Below the pieces are notes generated by a model. It saw nothing but the letters and a program-made list of their open reading frames with translations. It searched no databases and was not told the origin of the DNA. 64,000 nt of DNA from NCBI GenBank assembly GCA_951406725.2, contig OX597831.1, forward strand, positions 54,808,001-54,872,000. The letters run 5' to 3'. Positions 13,043 to 26,055 of the stretch are shown here, one piece after another. A program made the position numbers and the translations under genes. This DNA comes from Octopus vulgaris. Its lineage: Eukaryota. The stretch's first letter is position 1. Every line of letters begins with the position of its first letter.

Positions 13043-13236
13043 TGGGAAAGGCCAGTTTATAGGATTACCCCCGATTTCCCGTCGATAAACGGTTTAGCTC
13101 TATGGCGTATCGTCAGACCCCCAAAACCTGTTGGTTATGAAGTGGCAACAGATTTTGGGATCTGACGATAGGCAATAGAGCTAAACCCTTTGTGAAGGGA
13201 AACCCAGGGCAATCCCATAAACCGGTCTTCCCCATT
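13041..13236. repeat. Imperfect ~90-bp inverted repeat, each arm with an HHR-like motif
   Basis: gggat-CTGACGA...GAAA-cccaggg-CA-atccc (+, 13157-13216) and ggggt-CTGACGA...GAAA-tcggggg-TA-atcc (-, 13061-13121). Confidence 0.6.
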
Positions 13237-13500
13237 GAAATATAAACTGCTCTACATTTTAGTGTGCGCTTCTTCTCTAGATTTATGTTTTCCACAAACG
13301 ATATACAGGTAGTCGTCGACTTACGACCGATAGTATAATAGTATAATAGTATAATAGTATAATGGTGTAATACACACGCACCTGAGAATGTAACTTAAGA
13401 ATGTAAAAATATAAAACAAAGCTATGTATATGCCTATAGGCCGGTTTATGATCAAATCGACGACCTGTATGTATGTGTGTGTGTGTGTGAGTGTGTGTGT

Positions 13501-13540
<40 letters not shown>

Positions 13541-13699
13541 AGCAGTACGGCGAAAGTGATCTGATAGAATTAGAATCAGGCTTTAAAATATGAGGTCGAT
13601 TCGTTCGGCTAAAACCACTTAAAGGCATTGTCCTAGCATGGTTGTAGTCCAATGACTGAAACAAGTAAAAGATTTGACGTTGGTTTTGGAGCGTCTAGG

Positions 13700-14042
13700 T
13701 ATTCTTTTTCTTTTACTTCTTTTAGTCATTGGACTGCGGCTTGAAGGATTTACTCGAAAACGTCAACCTCAGTACTTATTTTATCGTTCTTACTTACCGA
13801 GCCGCTAATTTACGGGGACGTAAACAAACCGACACCAGTTGTCGAGTACCGCAGAGGGGACACAAACACATGCATATGAGGGGCTTCCACGCAGTTTCAG
13901 CCAACAAGTTCATTCGCAACGCATTGGTCGGCCCGGGGCTACAGTAGAAGATACTTCCCCAAAGTGCTGTGCAGTGGGACTGAACCCGAAACCAAGTGGT
14001 TGTGAAGTGAACTTCTTAACCACATAGCATGCCTGCACCTAT
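13700..14042 (-). mobile_element. SINE family B, degenerate
   Basis: 'gcagtgggactgaacccgaaacc' and 'ttacggggacgtaaacaaaccgacacc'. Confidence 0.75.
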
Positions 14043-14100
14043 ATGACCATTTCTATCACAAAACATTTAAATTTTATTTTTTTAATAACTTCATATCTGA

Positions 14101-14940
14101 AGGCGGTAAGCTGGCAGAATCGTTAGCACGCCGGGCGAAATGCTTAGCGGTATTTCGTCTGCCGTTACGTTCTGAGTTCAAATTCCGCCGAGGTCGACTT
14201 TGCCTTTCATCCTTTCGGGGTCGATTAAATAAGTACCAGTTACGCACTGGGGTCGATATAATCGACTCAATCCGTTTGTCTGTCCTTGTTTGTCCTCTCT
14301 GTGTTTAGCCCCTTGTGGGTAGTAAAGAAATAGGTATTTCGTCTGCCACTACGTTCTGAGTTCAAATTCCGCCGAGGTCGACTTTGCCTTTCATGCTTTC
14401 GGGGTCGATGAATTAAGTACCAGTTGTGCACTGGGGTCTATGTAATCGACTTAATCCCTTTGTCTGTCCTTGTTTGTCCCCTCTATGTTTAGCCCCTTGT
14501 GGGCAATAAAGAAATAAGAACCGCTAGCACGTCGAGCAAAATGCTTAGCGGTATTTCGTCCATCGCTACATTCCGAGTTCAAATTTCGTCGAGGTCGACT
14601 TTGCTTATCATCCTTTCGGGGTCGCTAAAGTTGAGCACTGGGACCGATGTATTCTACTTCACGCTTTCACAAAATTGCTGGCCTTATGCCAAAGTTTGAG
14701 ATTTATATATTATACACAACGAAACCAACTAGCTGGTAGAATCGTTAGCACACCGGGCAAAATACATAGCGGTATTTCGTCCGTCGCTACGTTCTGGGTG
14801 CAAATTTCACTGGAATCGACTTTGCTTTTCATCCTTTCGAGGTTGATAAAATAAGTACTAGTTGAGCCCTAGGGTCGATGTTATCGATCTACCCCTCCCT
14901 TGAAATTGCTGGTCTTGTCCCAAAATTTTAAACTAATATC
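14101..14940 (+). mobile_element. Tandem array of about four Deu/Nin SINE units
   Basis: Core repeats at about 14190, 14375, 14590 and 14815. Confidence 0.9.
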
Positions 14941-15134
14941 TTCAAATCTGATTGTGTGATTTGTCATTCCACGTCAGTCTTTCAACTTTACCAGTTTAGG
15001 TATAACTACATGCGACTATAATTTACTGGAGATGATAATACACATTATTAATATTGAATCAATGTCTACGTTTTCGTCAATGACAATCCTATCCAAGTTC
15101 TTCAGTATGACGAAATCAGCTTTCTTCCACGATA

Positions 15135-15423
15135 CTCTTACTCTCTTTACTCTTTTACCTGTTTCATTTATTTGACTGCGGCCATGCTGGAGCACCGCCT
15201 TTAGTCGAGCAAATCGACCCCAGTAATTATTCTTTGTAAGCCTAGTACTTATTCTATCGGTCTTTTTTCTTTCAGTTTCCGTGTACCAAATCCACTCACA
15301 AGGCTTTGGTCGGCTCGAGGCTAAAGTAGAAGACACTTGCCCAAGGTGCTATGCAGTGGGACTGAAACTGGAAGTATGTGGTTGGTAAGCATGCTATTTA
15401 CCACACAGCCACTCCTGCACCTA
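15135..15423 (-). mobile_element. SINE family B with internal deletion
   Basis: 'gactgcggccatgctggagcaccgcc' ... 'ccacacagccactcctgcacc'. Confidence 0.85.
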
Positions 15424-15573
15424 CACATCCGATGTCTACACATCCGGCGTAGAATAGGTATCTTCAAAATATACCACAGTAAGAACTAGACAATAAACCA
15501 AGACTGCTAAAACATAGGTCCCGCGCATTTCCACTCACTAGATTTGTGTGTGTGTGTGTGTGTGTCTACACGC

Positions 15574-15628
<55 letters not shown>

Positions 15629-16032
15629 CTCTATATATATACATATATCATTCTTGACCTTAAAAATGAATACTAAATTTTGAATACTAAATGAATACTA
15701 AATTTTAAAATTTCTGATAACATTCCATTAGAAAGCAAACCTGCATATTTCAACATGGAAAATCTACTTACATAAAAATATTAATGGCTTCCTGTTTACA
15801 TCTTCAGAACAAAAGTATGCTTCTTCCTGAACAGTTACAGGAAAGAAATATGTTCTTTAATATTGCAGATTTACAAATCTAGGATGTTTAGACAAAAGCA
15901 ACAACTGTTTCATGCCATATACCCTACTAAAGTAGAAGCTTGTTTTTCGGATCCCATGATTATTTTCTCTGTTTTGTCTCACCTCACGTCACCAACCCCT
16001 TTAATCTCATTTCCTTCTTCATCACCTTTACG

Positions 16033-16143
16033 TCTCCTCTACTCTTTCATAGGATCCTTTTATTTTTTCTCTCCTCTACTCTTTCATGGGATCCTTTTAT
16101 TTTTTCTCTCCTCTACTCTTTCATAGGATCCTTTTATTTTTTC
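16033..16143 (+). repeat. ~37-bp tandem repeat, three copies
   Basis: 'tctcctctactctttcataggatccttttattttttc' occurs three times. Confidence 0.85.
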
Positions 16144-16770
16144 TTAGCAAATGACTTAACCATTTCATCCCATTTCTCAACACAGCATCTATCACCCGCA
16201 GAATTCCCACTATTGGTCTTCTCTCTCTCTCTCTCTTTCTCTCTCTTTCCATATCTCTTCCTCTCTATCTCTCTCATCGTTGCATGCACTGATCCATTCT
16301 AATTTCTTTACTTTCTTACCTTTTCTACTGCTCTGTGTTCATCACCCAAACTCATATCCATAAATCGCAGAGCCTCTCAGGTACACAGCACACGTATTTC
16401 CCTCCACTTTCAGCAAAATTTCCTTCTTTAATTAGCAAGCCATCAACTCACGAAACTACAACCATGCGCAGCTACTTAAGCCACAGTTACCAATTTCAAT
16501 CCCTTTTTTCCCATTTAACACATCCCCTAGGCCACAACATATTTTCACACCTTTCATCTTTATCCCATTTTCAAATCCCAGCTCAACATTCCTTCAGTCT
16601 ACAGCTGTCACATCATTTAATAAAGCTCTGGTACGTTATATTTCAGATTATTTCATCTTGTATGTATTGTGAATTTAATGATGTTTAATACAACACTCTT
16701 CCAGTACACATTTAATAGTTAGACAAAATATTTTATCAGATTAAATCAAACTGAAATACCTTATTTACTC

Positions 16771-16837
<67 letters not shown>

Positions 16838-16841
<4 letters not shown>

Positions 16842-17630
16842 GTGAAGTAAGAAGAAAAAAAGCAAAAGTGCACATTGGAAATCAAAAAAAGCAAAGGCTT
16901 CTTATGAAAAGTAACGATAAATATATATATAATTAGATGAACTGAGGTAGGAATAAAAGTAATAAAAGTCATTATTGTGAATTGTTAAAGAAATTCAAAG
17001 GCATACCAGTTTCGTAAATTACTGTTCACTAGCTTTGAATGCGCACCGATTCCCGAATGGTGTCGGGTCTACTAGTTCCTGAGTAAAATGATTATGTGTA
17101 AGGGAGGTAGTAGTTCTGGATTTGGTGCAATTAGGGTTGATATAATACTGTAATGTGAATGGTGTATGGGATGTATGGGGGTTAGTGCTATTAATTGAAA
17201 GGTTAGTAGTGTTCTGTATTATGTTATGTATTGAGTTGTGGAAGATATTTATTAACGAAATTTGCCTCTTTATTCATTCCTTGCTGTATTGAGGTTTTCT
17301 GTGTAGATTGATAGAAGGGGAAAAATTAGGAAATTAGGATTAAGGTTCCTAGCACACCTTTCTATGTGTTCACTGATCTGTATCTGTATTGGGAGTGGCG
17401 GATTTGTTCTTTGCGGAAAGTGGTTCTTCGACGGAGTGATATTCCTGTTTGGCTAATACACTGATTACCGCACCCTAAGCAGGTAATAACATAGATTAGG
17501 TTTTCCGAGACAGAGGCGAAATTTGATTTAATCTTAAATATTTTACCTTGTTTAAAGTGGAACTCTGAACCCTCCAAAAGGGTGGGGGCATGGGCAACAG
17601 TTAGGTCGACCACATTTTTCACTTTCAATG
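16838..17630 (-). pseudogene. Neptune-like PLE 3' part (Cys linker, GIY-YIG, 3' UTR/pLTR), inverted relative to the RT half
   Basis: KCGRPNCCPC..GKIFKIKSNF..SENLIYVITCLGCGNQCISQTG..R. Ends at (TA)n. Confidence 0.75.
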
Positions 17631-17979
17631 GAAGAATTTCACAATCAATGGAAGAATTTACCTCCGAGACTTAACCCTCAACATGGATACTTCAAGCATT
17701 CAACTAAACACAACCTAACTAGACAACATATATTCTCCCTCCACATTGCAATATTAAAAATAAATTTAACCTAAACCACATCAACCATAGACAATATAAC
17801 AACCCTCGGTACAATCATAATCTAGTCCGCTACACAGTCACTCCACTACAAACATACTACCACAAACACATTTTACACCCATTTTCTCCTCAACAAACCA
17901 AACACAATACAGACTTTCCACAAAAATCCACCTACTACAACCATTTTTAGACCTAAATTAGAGAAACAGAGATGTGAAA

Positions 17980-19655
17980 TGGAACAAAATATACAAGAAC
18001 AACCGAAAGTAATCAACTTATCAAAGAAAATCCTTAAGTATTACACAAACTAAAATTCTAGCAAGAGGTTTAAAATTTACACCAATCTCTCGCAGATCGA
18101 ACCCGAATGAAATTAAGGATAATACTATGGATTTCTGCCGAAAATTATGCCTCACAGAAGCACTTCACAACTACACCAGCGAAGATGACTCAATAGTAAA
18201 AAACAAAAGCGAATACTGTCCTACAAAAGGCAGAAATAAAGCACTTGATGATTTTTGTGAACATATTACCAATTTTCCTTTTAATACCCTAGAAAAACAA
18301 CGAATTAAATCTAACCTTAGCGCAAATGAATGGAAAGACTTAATCGAGTTAAAAAAGGATATAAACCTGCTGACCATTAAAGAAGCCGACAAAGGAAGTG
18401 CGGTAGTGACGATGGACACAGAGTACTACAGAAATTTAATACTCGCCATGTTGGAAAATAATATTTACTATGAGAAGATAGTACAATACAACTTACAGAA
18501 GACACTTAAAAACTTATCCTCCTTACTTCAAATACATGGAAAGGGCCTCACTAAAAAAGAAGTTGACTATTTATCCAATTTATACAAACCAAGTGTATTC
18601 TACGGATTACCTAAAATACACAAAAATCTATATACAGTATTCGCTTTTGTAAAGCTTGTAAAGTTTCTCCAAACCTATGCATTAATGTTCCTCCCCCTAT
18701 TGACCTCAAACTTAGACCCATCATTGCTGGCCCTACATGTGAAACCCACCGTTTGAGCAACTTCCTCGACATCTTATTCAAACCGTTTCTAAAATATGTG
18801 AAAAGCTTCATCAGGGATGACTTAGACATGCTCGACCACCTCCTGAAGACAATAAATGAGGGAACCCTGTTAGTATCATTCGATGTGGTGAACTTGTACA
18901 CCAATATCTCTCACGATTATGGTATAGAAGCAATCACCCTCTGGATAGAAAAATGCCCAGAAGAGATCCCAGGACGCACCAACCACAGATTCATAATCGC
19001 AACACTCAATTTCATCCTACTGAAAAACTATTTCATGTTCGATACAGTTTACTATCGACAAAAATGTGGAATTGCAATGGGAACCTGAGCTGCCCCAATG
19101 ATTGCGAACCTTGTAATGGGTTACCTAGAACTTAAAATATACCAATCATCACTACAAAAATATGGCACCTCATTTCATTGCTATTTAAAGGAGAACTGGA
19201 AGAGGTATTTGGACGATTGCTTTATACTTTGGAAAGATAGCACGGACAAACTTCTCGATTTTAAAATAATGCTCAACAATATCAATAGCAACATACAACT
19301 CACCATGGAGCACAGCAATAAATAACTCCTTTTTCTTGACATCCTAATTAAAATAGTTAATAACCACATCGAAACGGAGATCTTCTATAAACCCACAGAT
19401 TCAAAACAATACCTATTATTCAACTCATGCCACCCCAAACACATAAAAATTAATACACCTTATATTCTAGCGAAAAGAATCTGTACCATAGTTTCGGACA
19501 CTTATAATCATGTACGAAGACTCCTTGAACTCAGATCAATACTAATCAAAAGACATTATCAAATATCATTAATAAATGATGGCATTAAACGAGCAAAGGA
19601 AATAGACATACGAACATTAAGGAAAGTCAACCGAAATACTACACCAGACTTATAA
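17980..19655 (+). pseudogene. Penelope-like reverse transcriptase (frameshifted)
   Basis: VINLS, IKEADKGSAVV, FYGLPKIHK, SFDVVNLYTNI, GIAMGT*AAPMIANL, WKRYLDDCF, FLD and YKPTDSKQYL.FNSCHP motifs. Confidence 0.92.
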
Positions 19656-20067
19656 AAAGTTACCAGTATGCCTTTGAATCTCTTTAACAATTCACAATAA
19701 TGACTTTTATTATATAAACAGGATAAAGTATATTACTGATTTCTTTTGTACATTTCGTTCGAAATCGAATTTAACTCAAGCAAATGCAGTAATCTTGATT
19801 ATACTTTGATCGTTTCCCGTGATCGACAAATGTACGGTGGCACTTCATGCATTTTTTATTTTCAGGAAACGATGAGAGCGGTTGAATGCTTCTGGCAAAT
19901 AGTGAACTTGCTACTTGGTTTCGTGTCAGTTGGGACCACTTTACCTCTCCTTTTCCCTGCTTGCATATGTCTGTCTGTCTCTTTCTTTCTCACTCTCTCT
20001 CACATACACACACGAAACCCCTCTTCCTTCATACATACATACATACAAATATATATGTATATATATG

Positions 20068-20124
<57 letters not shown>

Positions 20125-20238
20125 ATATTTCGGAATGGTCATTTTGCCAGTTTAGCCAATAAAAACACACGCACTATATATTTGGTGTTACTTTGCTTCA
20201 GTGTTATTTATTTTTTACATTAATCTTAATCTTATTTC

Positions 20239-20283
20239 GGCCAGAGTTCTTTCGTCACACTCCTGTGACCGCATCAGTGGTCC
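20239..20283 (-). ncRNA. Type I hammerhead-like motif (A9C)
   Basis: cca-CTGATGC-g gtcac aggagt gtgac-GAAA-gaac-TC-tgg. Confidence 0.65.
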
Positions 20284-20685
20284 TTTGTTTTCTTCTCACT
20301 TATTTGTGTCTCTCCTTACTAACCGTCAGCCATTTTGTATTTCTGTTGTATGTCTTCATTTGCGCATGCTTATATCTCTATGTGCGTTTATGTTTATTTA
20401 GTGTGTGTATGTGGGGCATGCCTGTAATATTTGTATCTTCTGTTTATATATGTTCATGTAATTTGCATTTTGTATTTTGTATTTTTTTTTGTTTTTTGTT
20501 TTTGTTTATTCTTATTTTGTTCATGTGTTTACATCCACCCATTATTATCATTACATATGCTTGTATGTATGTATGTATGTATGTATGTATGTATGTATGT
20601 ATGTATGTATGTATGTATGTATGTATGTATGTATGTATGTATAACAACAATACTAGTAATAATAATAATAAATTGAATCGAAAAA

Positions 20686-20754
<69 letters not shown>

Positions 20755-20757
20755 CAT

Positions 20758-20828
<71 letters not shown>

Positions 20829-20876
20829 TTTATTTATTTATCTGTGTATTTATTATGTTTTCAGGATCCTCTATCG

Positions 20877-21705
20877 TCATATGTTGTGGTGTGTGTTAGT
20901 GCTCCATTCTAGTTTTCTATTCAGGCTAGGTTTATTTTCTATTACGTGTGTAGCTTCCGTAATTTGTCTAATTGTTGCATCTGATCTATGTGTGGATAAT
21001 ATTTTAATTTCTGTTATTGATTGATCTCCCGTGTTCTTGTTCGGCGTGTTGGTACAGAATCGATGAGCTTTTACCTTCTTTGAGTTGTCTCCAATGCTCA
21101 TTTACCCGCTCTCCTATGCTTCTTGCCGTTTCCCCTACGTATGTCGTTGTCTTGTTACTGCATCGTCCCTCTATACATCTTATACTATAGACTACATTTC
21201 TGGCTTTACAGTTTGTTTGTGGGCTAAATCTACATACAGTACAGTACCTATCTGTACAGGGGGTTCTACTAAAAGGATAGGTTCTACCAATTATAGATTT
21301 GATAGGGTTGCCTGGCTTTTCAACAACCTTAATTCTTAGCTTAAGTTTGTCTAGGGTCCTTCTAAAGCGATACACCAGTTCACCTCCAGGGGTGGTGTCA
21401 ACGAACATGACACTCTGGTATTTATGGCTATCATACCAAGAGTTGGCCTTCCCTATTTTCTTTTTTTTCCTTTCTATAGTGTTCCATGACTTGTTCCTAT
21501 AGAATGGGCAAATACCATTCCTATCATTACATAATATATTATCAAATTTCTTAATGGCTCCTTTGTATACTCTGATCCTTTCTTTATGGCTGTAACCTGA
21601 GAACTGCATGCGGTGAATGAAATATTGTATGTGTCTCTTTAACTCTATGGGCTCGCACATGCATGACACATTTCTCATTATTCTGACGAGGTCTGCCATC
21701 AAAAT
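20877..21705 (-). pseudogene. PLE RT thumb and GIY-YIG endonuclease (Naiad-type), one frameshift
   Basis: FSGYS, MFVDTTPGGEL, CTDRYCTVC..NCKARNVVYSIRC..YVGETARSIGERVNEH..H....H, then RQITEA..LNRKLEW. Confidence 0.85.
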
Positions 21706-21812
21706 ATTGTTTTTATTGGCTAAACTGGCAAAATGACCATTCCGAAATATAACAATATCTGTTTCAACACACGACTTCACATAAAAAAATCTTGCACAAC
21801 AAATATTTAAAC

Positions 21813-21844
<32 letters not shown>

Positions 21845-21845
<1 letters not shown>

Positions 21846-23283
21846 ACTTCAGAAACAATAAGAAGATAATGGGTGGTGTCACCCTTCTCATGGCTGGTGA
21901 CTTCAGGCAAACGCTGCCTGTCGTTCCCAGAGGAACAAGGGCAGATGAACTGAGAGCTTGCATCAAGTCCTCATATATTTGGCAATATGTCAAGCAGCTT
22001 GCTTTAACAACCAACATGTGGGTTCACATTCATGGTGACCCGTTAGCCGCATAGTTCTTGAACAAGTTACTTGATATTGGAAATGGAAAACTTCCACAAG
22101 ATCCAGCAGATAGTCTGCAACACTTCCTATGTGGCAATATGACTGCCTTCTTTGAAGAACTGAGAAGCAAGGCCTTTCCAAACATTGCCACAAACTATAA
22201 AAGTCACAAATGGTTACGTGAAAGAACAATTCTGGCACCGAGGAATGATGCTGTAGACAAGCTAAATCTAAATTTGTTGTCTCAGCTTCCAGGACCTGAA
22301 TATTCATACAGATCAATTGACTCTGTCCCTGGTCAAGAACAGGAAACGTATAACCCATTGGAGTTCCTCAATTCACTTCAGCCACCAGGATTTCCATCAC
22401 ACATTTTGATCATGAAAACTGGTACTCCCTTAATGTTATTAAGAAAACTTGATGCACCCAGACTCCGCAATGGAAGAAGGTTGGCTGTTAAAACAACCAT
22501 GCCCCATGTGTTTGGAAGCAACAATAATTACAGGCAATATGATGGGTGAGAATGTTTTCATTCCAAGGATACCTCCCATCTCAAATGATCTCCCCTTTCA
22601 GTTCAAGAGACTGCATTTTCCTGTCAAGCTTAGCTTTGCAATGTCTATCAGCAAAGCAGAAGGTCAATCTCTAAAGGTAGTGGGACTTAACCTCCTTAAA
22701 ACTTTGCTTCTCACATGATCAGCTGTATGTTGGATGTTCTAGAGCTGGAGATAAAAAGATCCTCTACATTCTCAGTGATCCTCTACATTCTGGAGATAAA
22801 AAGATCCTCTACATTCTCAGTGATAAACATGGCAAGACAGAAAGCATAGTATATGAAGAAGCACTTACATGACTAGTATGTTCATATCATATACAGATGT
22901 GTAAAACCATTGAGTGTTAAAGTTTCACTTTTCGACTGACATGCATGAATGTATGTCTGAATGTATACAAGTGAAACAATAACGTGATACATTCGCTGTC
23001 TGTTTGTGTGTGTGTACTCTACGCATGGCCTTTCATTGTTTATAATCTGTACCTGTTTTGGGGTTACGAAATAAGCTAGACAAAACGTTTTTTTGAATTA
23101 CATGTATTTACTTTATATACATATGAGCTGAAAACTTTCTTTTCACATCTGTGTTCTATGCTGGCATGGGTTGGAAAGTTATAAATGTAGAAACTACTAG
23201 TAGTTGAGACCTGCGTAATCTAGACGGCGTTTTTAAATTTCATTAGTTTCTTTAACCCGGGCAACGCCGGATATTTCTGCTAT
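21845..23283 (+). mobile_element. Helitron 3' portion (PIF1-like helicase pseudogene and terminal hairpin)
   Basis: AGDFRQTLPVVPRG, ILAPRN, PLMLLRKL..LRNG, FAMSISKAEGQSL and QLYVGCSR motifs. 3' hairpin 'cccgggcaacgccgg' followed by a CTAG-like 'ctat'. Confidence 0.9.
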
Positions 23284-23284
23284 T

Positions 23285-23580
23285 GCCATGGTAGACCGCT
23301 AGCCACTAAACCTTTTTCTATTTTCTCTCCCTATTTATTTCTGTGTTTCTTTCTGTCGAAGAGCGTAGGCTCGAAACGTAAAAGACTTTCTCACTTCTCG
23401 AACGTTAAACTAATACATCTGTTTGTTGTTTACACACCCGTCTTCGTCTTTTGTTTTTTTTGTTTTTTGTTTTTTTGTAAATTCTCACTATATATATATA
23501 TATTCCACGAAACGAAAATATACATATAGTCATATTTTTCTTGTTTGCACCAACATACCTATATATATATATATATGCGG

Positions 23581-23630
<50 letters not shown>

Positions 23631-23960
23631 GGGGGGGAGAATTCACAAAAACAAACCAACAAAAGACGAAGACAGGTGGTGTAGAAAACAAACATATGTA
23701 TTAGTTTAACACTCGGGAATTGAAAAAATCTATAACGTTTTGAGCCTAAGGAACACAGAAAGAAACAAGGAGAGAAAAAAAAATGTGTGTAGTGACTAGC
23801 GATCTATCATGGCGAATGCCGGACAGAAGGGTCACACAGGAGAGCTAAGAAGTAGGGGAGATAACAAAGTAGTAGTGATCCCAAAATGAAGGTGCGCATG
23901 TGCGTAAAGGAGTGCGTATGTAGGTGTGAAAATGTGGGGATATATAACTTGACTGGTATG
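23285..23960. mobile_element. Tail-to-tail pair of short HHR-family pLTR-like elements around (TA)n
   Basis: 23285-23490 (+) and 23636-23815 (-) are homologous. Same family as 43140-43345. Confidence 0.65.
23348..23385 (+). ncRNA. Minimal hammerhead-like motif, A6U core
   Basis: tcttt-CTGTCGA-a gagc gtag gctc-GAAA-cg-TA-aaaga. Confidence 0.65.
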
Positions 23961-24399
23961 TCAACAAAACATTTACCTTGCAATGCGTCATATTGCTATA
24001 ACAATGCAATATACAAATAAGTTCTTAGCAATACTGCTCTAGAGTTGAATTGATTCATATATTTCAACCTACGAGATATAGGTAGAACATTCCCACCAAA
24101 TACAATCACAGCATACAACGTGAAATAGCACCCAAATCTCCCTCAACATTCCCTTAACCGTCGCATATAACACAGAATGCATTAGATAATGTTCGAGATG
24201 TATTCCTGAATAGACGTGATAGTCATGTCTAGAAGGTCTTTAATCATAGAGCTTGCTCGATGAAAGCTAACCCAGGGCTAAACAATAGAAACAATAACCA
24301 CATGGACTCAAAGTTAAAGAGTATATCTCTACGTGGTCGTTGATCGGTTAAAGATAGCAGCCAAAATCTCCTTTATATCACATCCTAACGTCTTGAATA

Positions 24400-25130
24400 A
24401 TAATTGTCTCAAATTTTGGTGCAAGTCCAACATATTTAGGCGAGGCATCGACCCCAATGCTAAACTAAACGATGAATTGGTGGAATTTGAACTCAGAGCG
24501 TAAACAGTTCGAAGAAACGCCACTTAGCCTGGAATTTGTTGGGTGGAAATTGTGGAACCTGGAATTTGTATATCGACCACAATGCTTGACTGGTACTTAC
24601 CTTATCTTTCCTGAGAGGAATGAAAGACAAAGTCAATCACCGTAGAATTTGAACGCTGAACGTAAAGATCAGAACGAAATGACGCTAAGCATTTTATCCG
24701 GCGTGCCAACGATTTTTATTTCTTTACTGTCCACAAGGGGCTACACACAAACAAGGACAGACAAGTGGACAGACAGGCAAAGTCGACCTCGGCGGAATTT
24801 GAACTCAGAACGTAACGGCAGACGAAATACGGCTACGCATTTCGCCCATCGTGCTAACGTTTCTGCCAGCTCACCGTCAGCTCGCTGCCTTAAAGTCTTG
24901 AACAGTAATCATTTCTACTATAGGCACAGAACTTGAAATGTTGTGGGAGGGGCTAGTGGATTACATCGACCCCAGTGTTTCACTGGTATTTAATTTAACG
25001 TCTGCGGAAAGATGAAAGGCAAAGTCGACCTCTGTGGAATTTGAACTCAGAACGCAAAGACGGACGAAATGCCGCTAAGCATTCTGTCCGATGTGCAAAC
25101 GATTCTGCCAGCTCGCTACCTTAACGTCTT
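24400..25130 (-). mobile_element. Cluster of Deu/Nin SINE copies
   Basis: Cores at about 24480, 24630, 24780 and 25020. Confidence 0.85.
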
Positions 25131-25389
25131 GAATAATAAGATTATGAAACCCTTTACTCTTTTGCTTGTTTCAGTCTTTTGACTGTGACCATGCTGGAGC
25201 ACCGCCTTTTAGTCGAGCAAATCGACCCCAGGACTTGTTCTTTGTAAGCCTAGTACTTATTCTATCGGTCTCTTTTGCCGAACTGCTAAGTTACGGGGAC
25301 GTAAACACACCAGCATCAGTTGTCAAGCGATGTTGGCGGGGGGACAAACACAGACACACAAACATATACACACATACGTACATACATAC

Positions 25390-25447
<58 letters not shown>

Positions 25448-25567
25448 ACAATCAAGGAACGGCCATAATAGGCCATTCACCCACTAGAAATAACAGCCAA
25501 AGCTTCAACCGCAAATAAAAGTCAATTCTGTAAACCAGGAGAAAATTTAAAAAACATTTACCCTGTA

Positions 25568-25674
25568 ATTTCTTATACGATATACCGTTTCATCTGCTGA
25601 TTAATGGTAAACTAACCTGATTAAATTAAATCAAGCCAATCTTCCACAGGCCCTCAGATTCCTCAGTAAGAAAT
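25568..25674 (-). ncRNA. Type I hammerhead ribozyme with long stem II insertion
   Basis: atttctta-CTGAGGA-atctg..cagat-GAAA-cggtatatcg-TA-taagaaat (8-bp stem I). Confidence 0.82.
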
Positions 25675-25750
25675 AGCCCAAGTCGGAACAGATATTTTCA
25701 CGAGGCATTTCCGACCTTGCCAAGTTTATATCTGACCTAAAATTTTCAAA

Positions 25751-25805
<55 letters not shown>

Positions 25806-25808
<3 letters not shown>

Positions 25809-25848
25809 CCTGTACGTCATAAATACATGTACATCATCTCCAAACCTT

Positions 25849-25883
<35 letters not shown>

Positions 25884-25901
25884 AAGGTATATATTTATGA
25901 C

Positions 25902-25945
<44 letters not shown>

Positions 25946-26055
25946 CCTGTACGTCATAAATACATGTACATCATCTCCAAACCTTCAAATATATATATAT
26001 ATATATATATATATACCTGTACGTCATAAATACATGTACATCATCTCCAAACCTT

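Larger units (their letters stand above)
20119..21813 (-). mobile_element. 5'-truncated Naiad-like PLE with HHR-bearing pLTR and inverted 5' pLTR tip
   Basis: Thumb/GIY-YIG ORF. 20117-20167 is inverted at about 21709-21758. (TA)n on both sides. Confidence 0.8.

Noticed and set aside
14101-14940. Regularly repeated units resembling a CRISPR array
   Set aside because: They are tandem SINE copies with no unique spacers and no cas genes, in eukaryotic context.
20825-20880. SECIS or selenoprotein signature in the Naiad-like PLE
   Set aside because: The Cys positions in this fragment are ordinary codons, and the ATGA..AA..GA after the stop does not form a SECIS helix.
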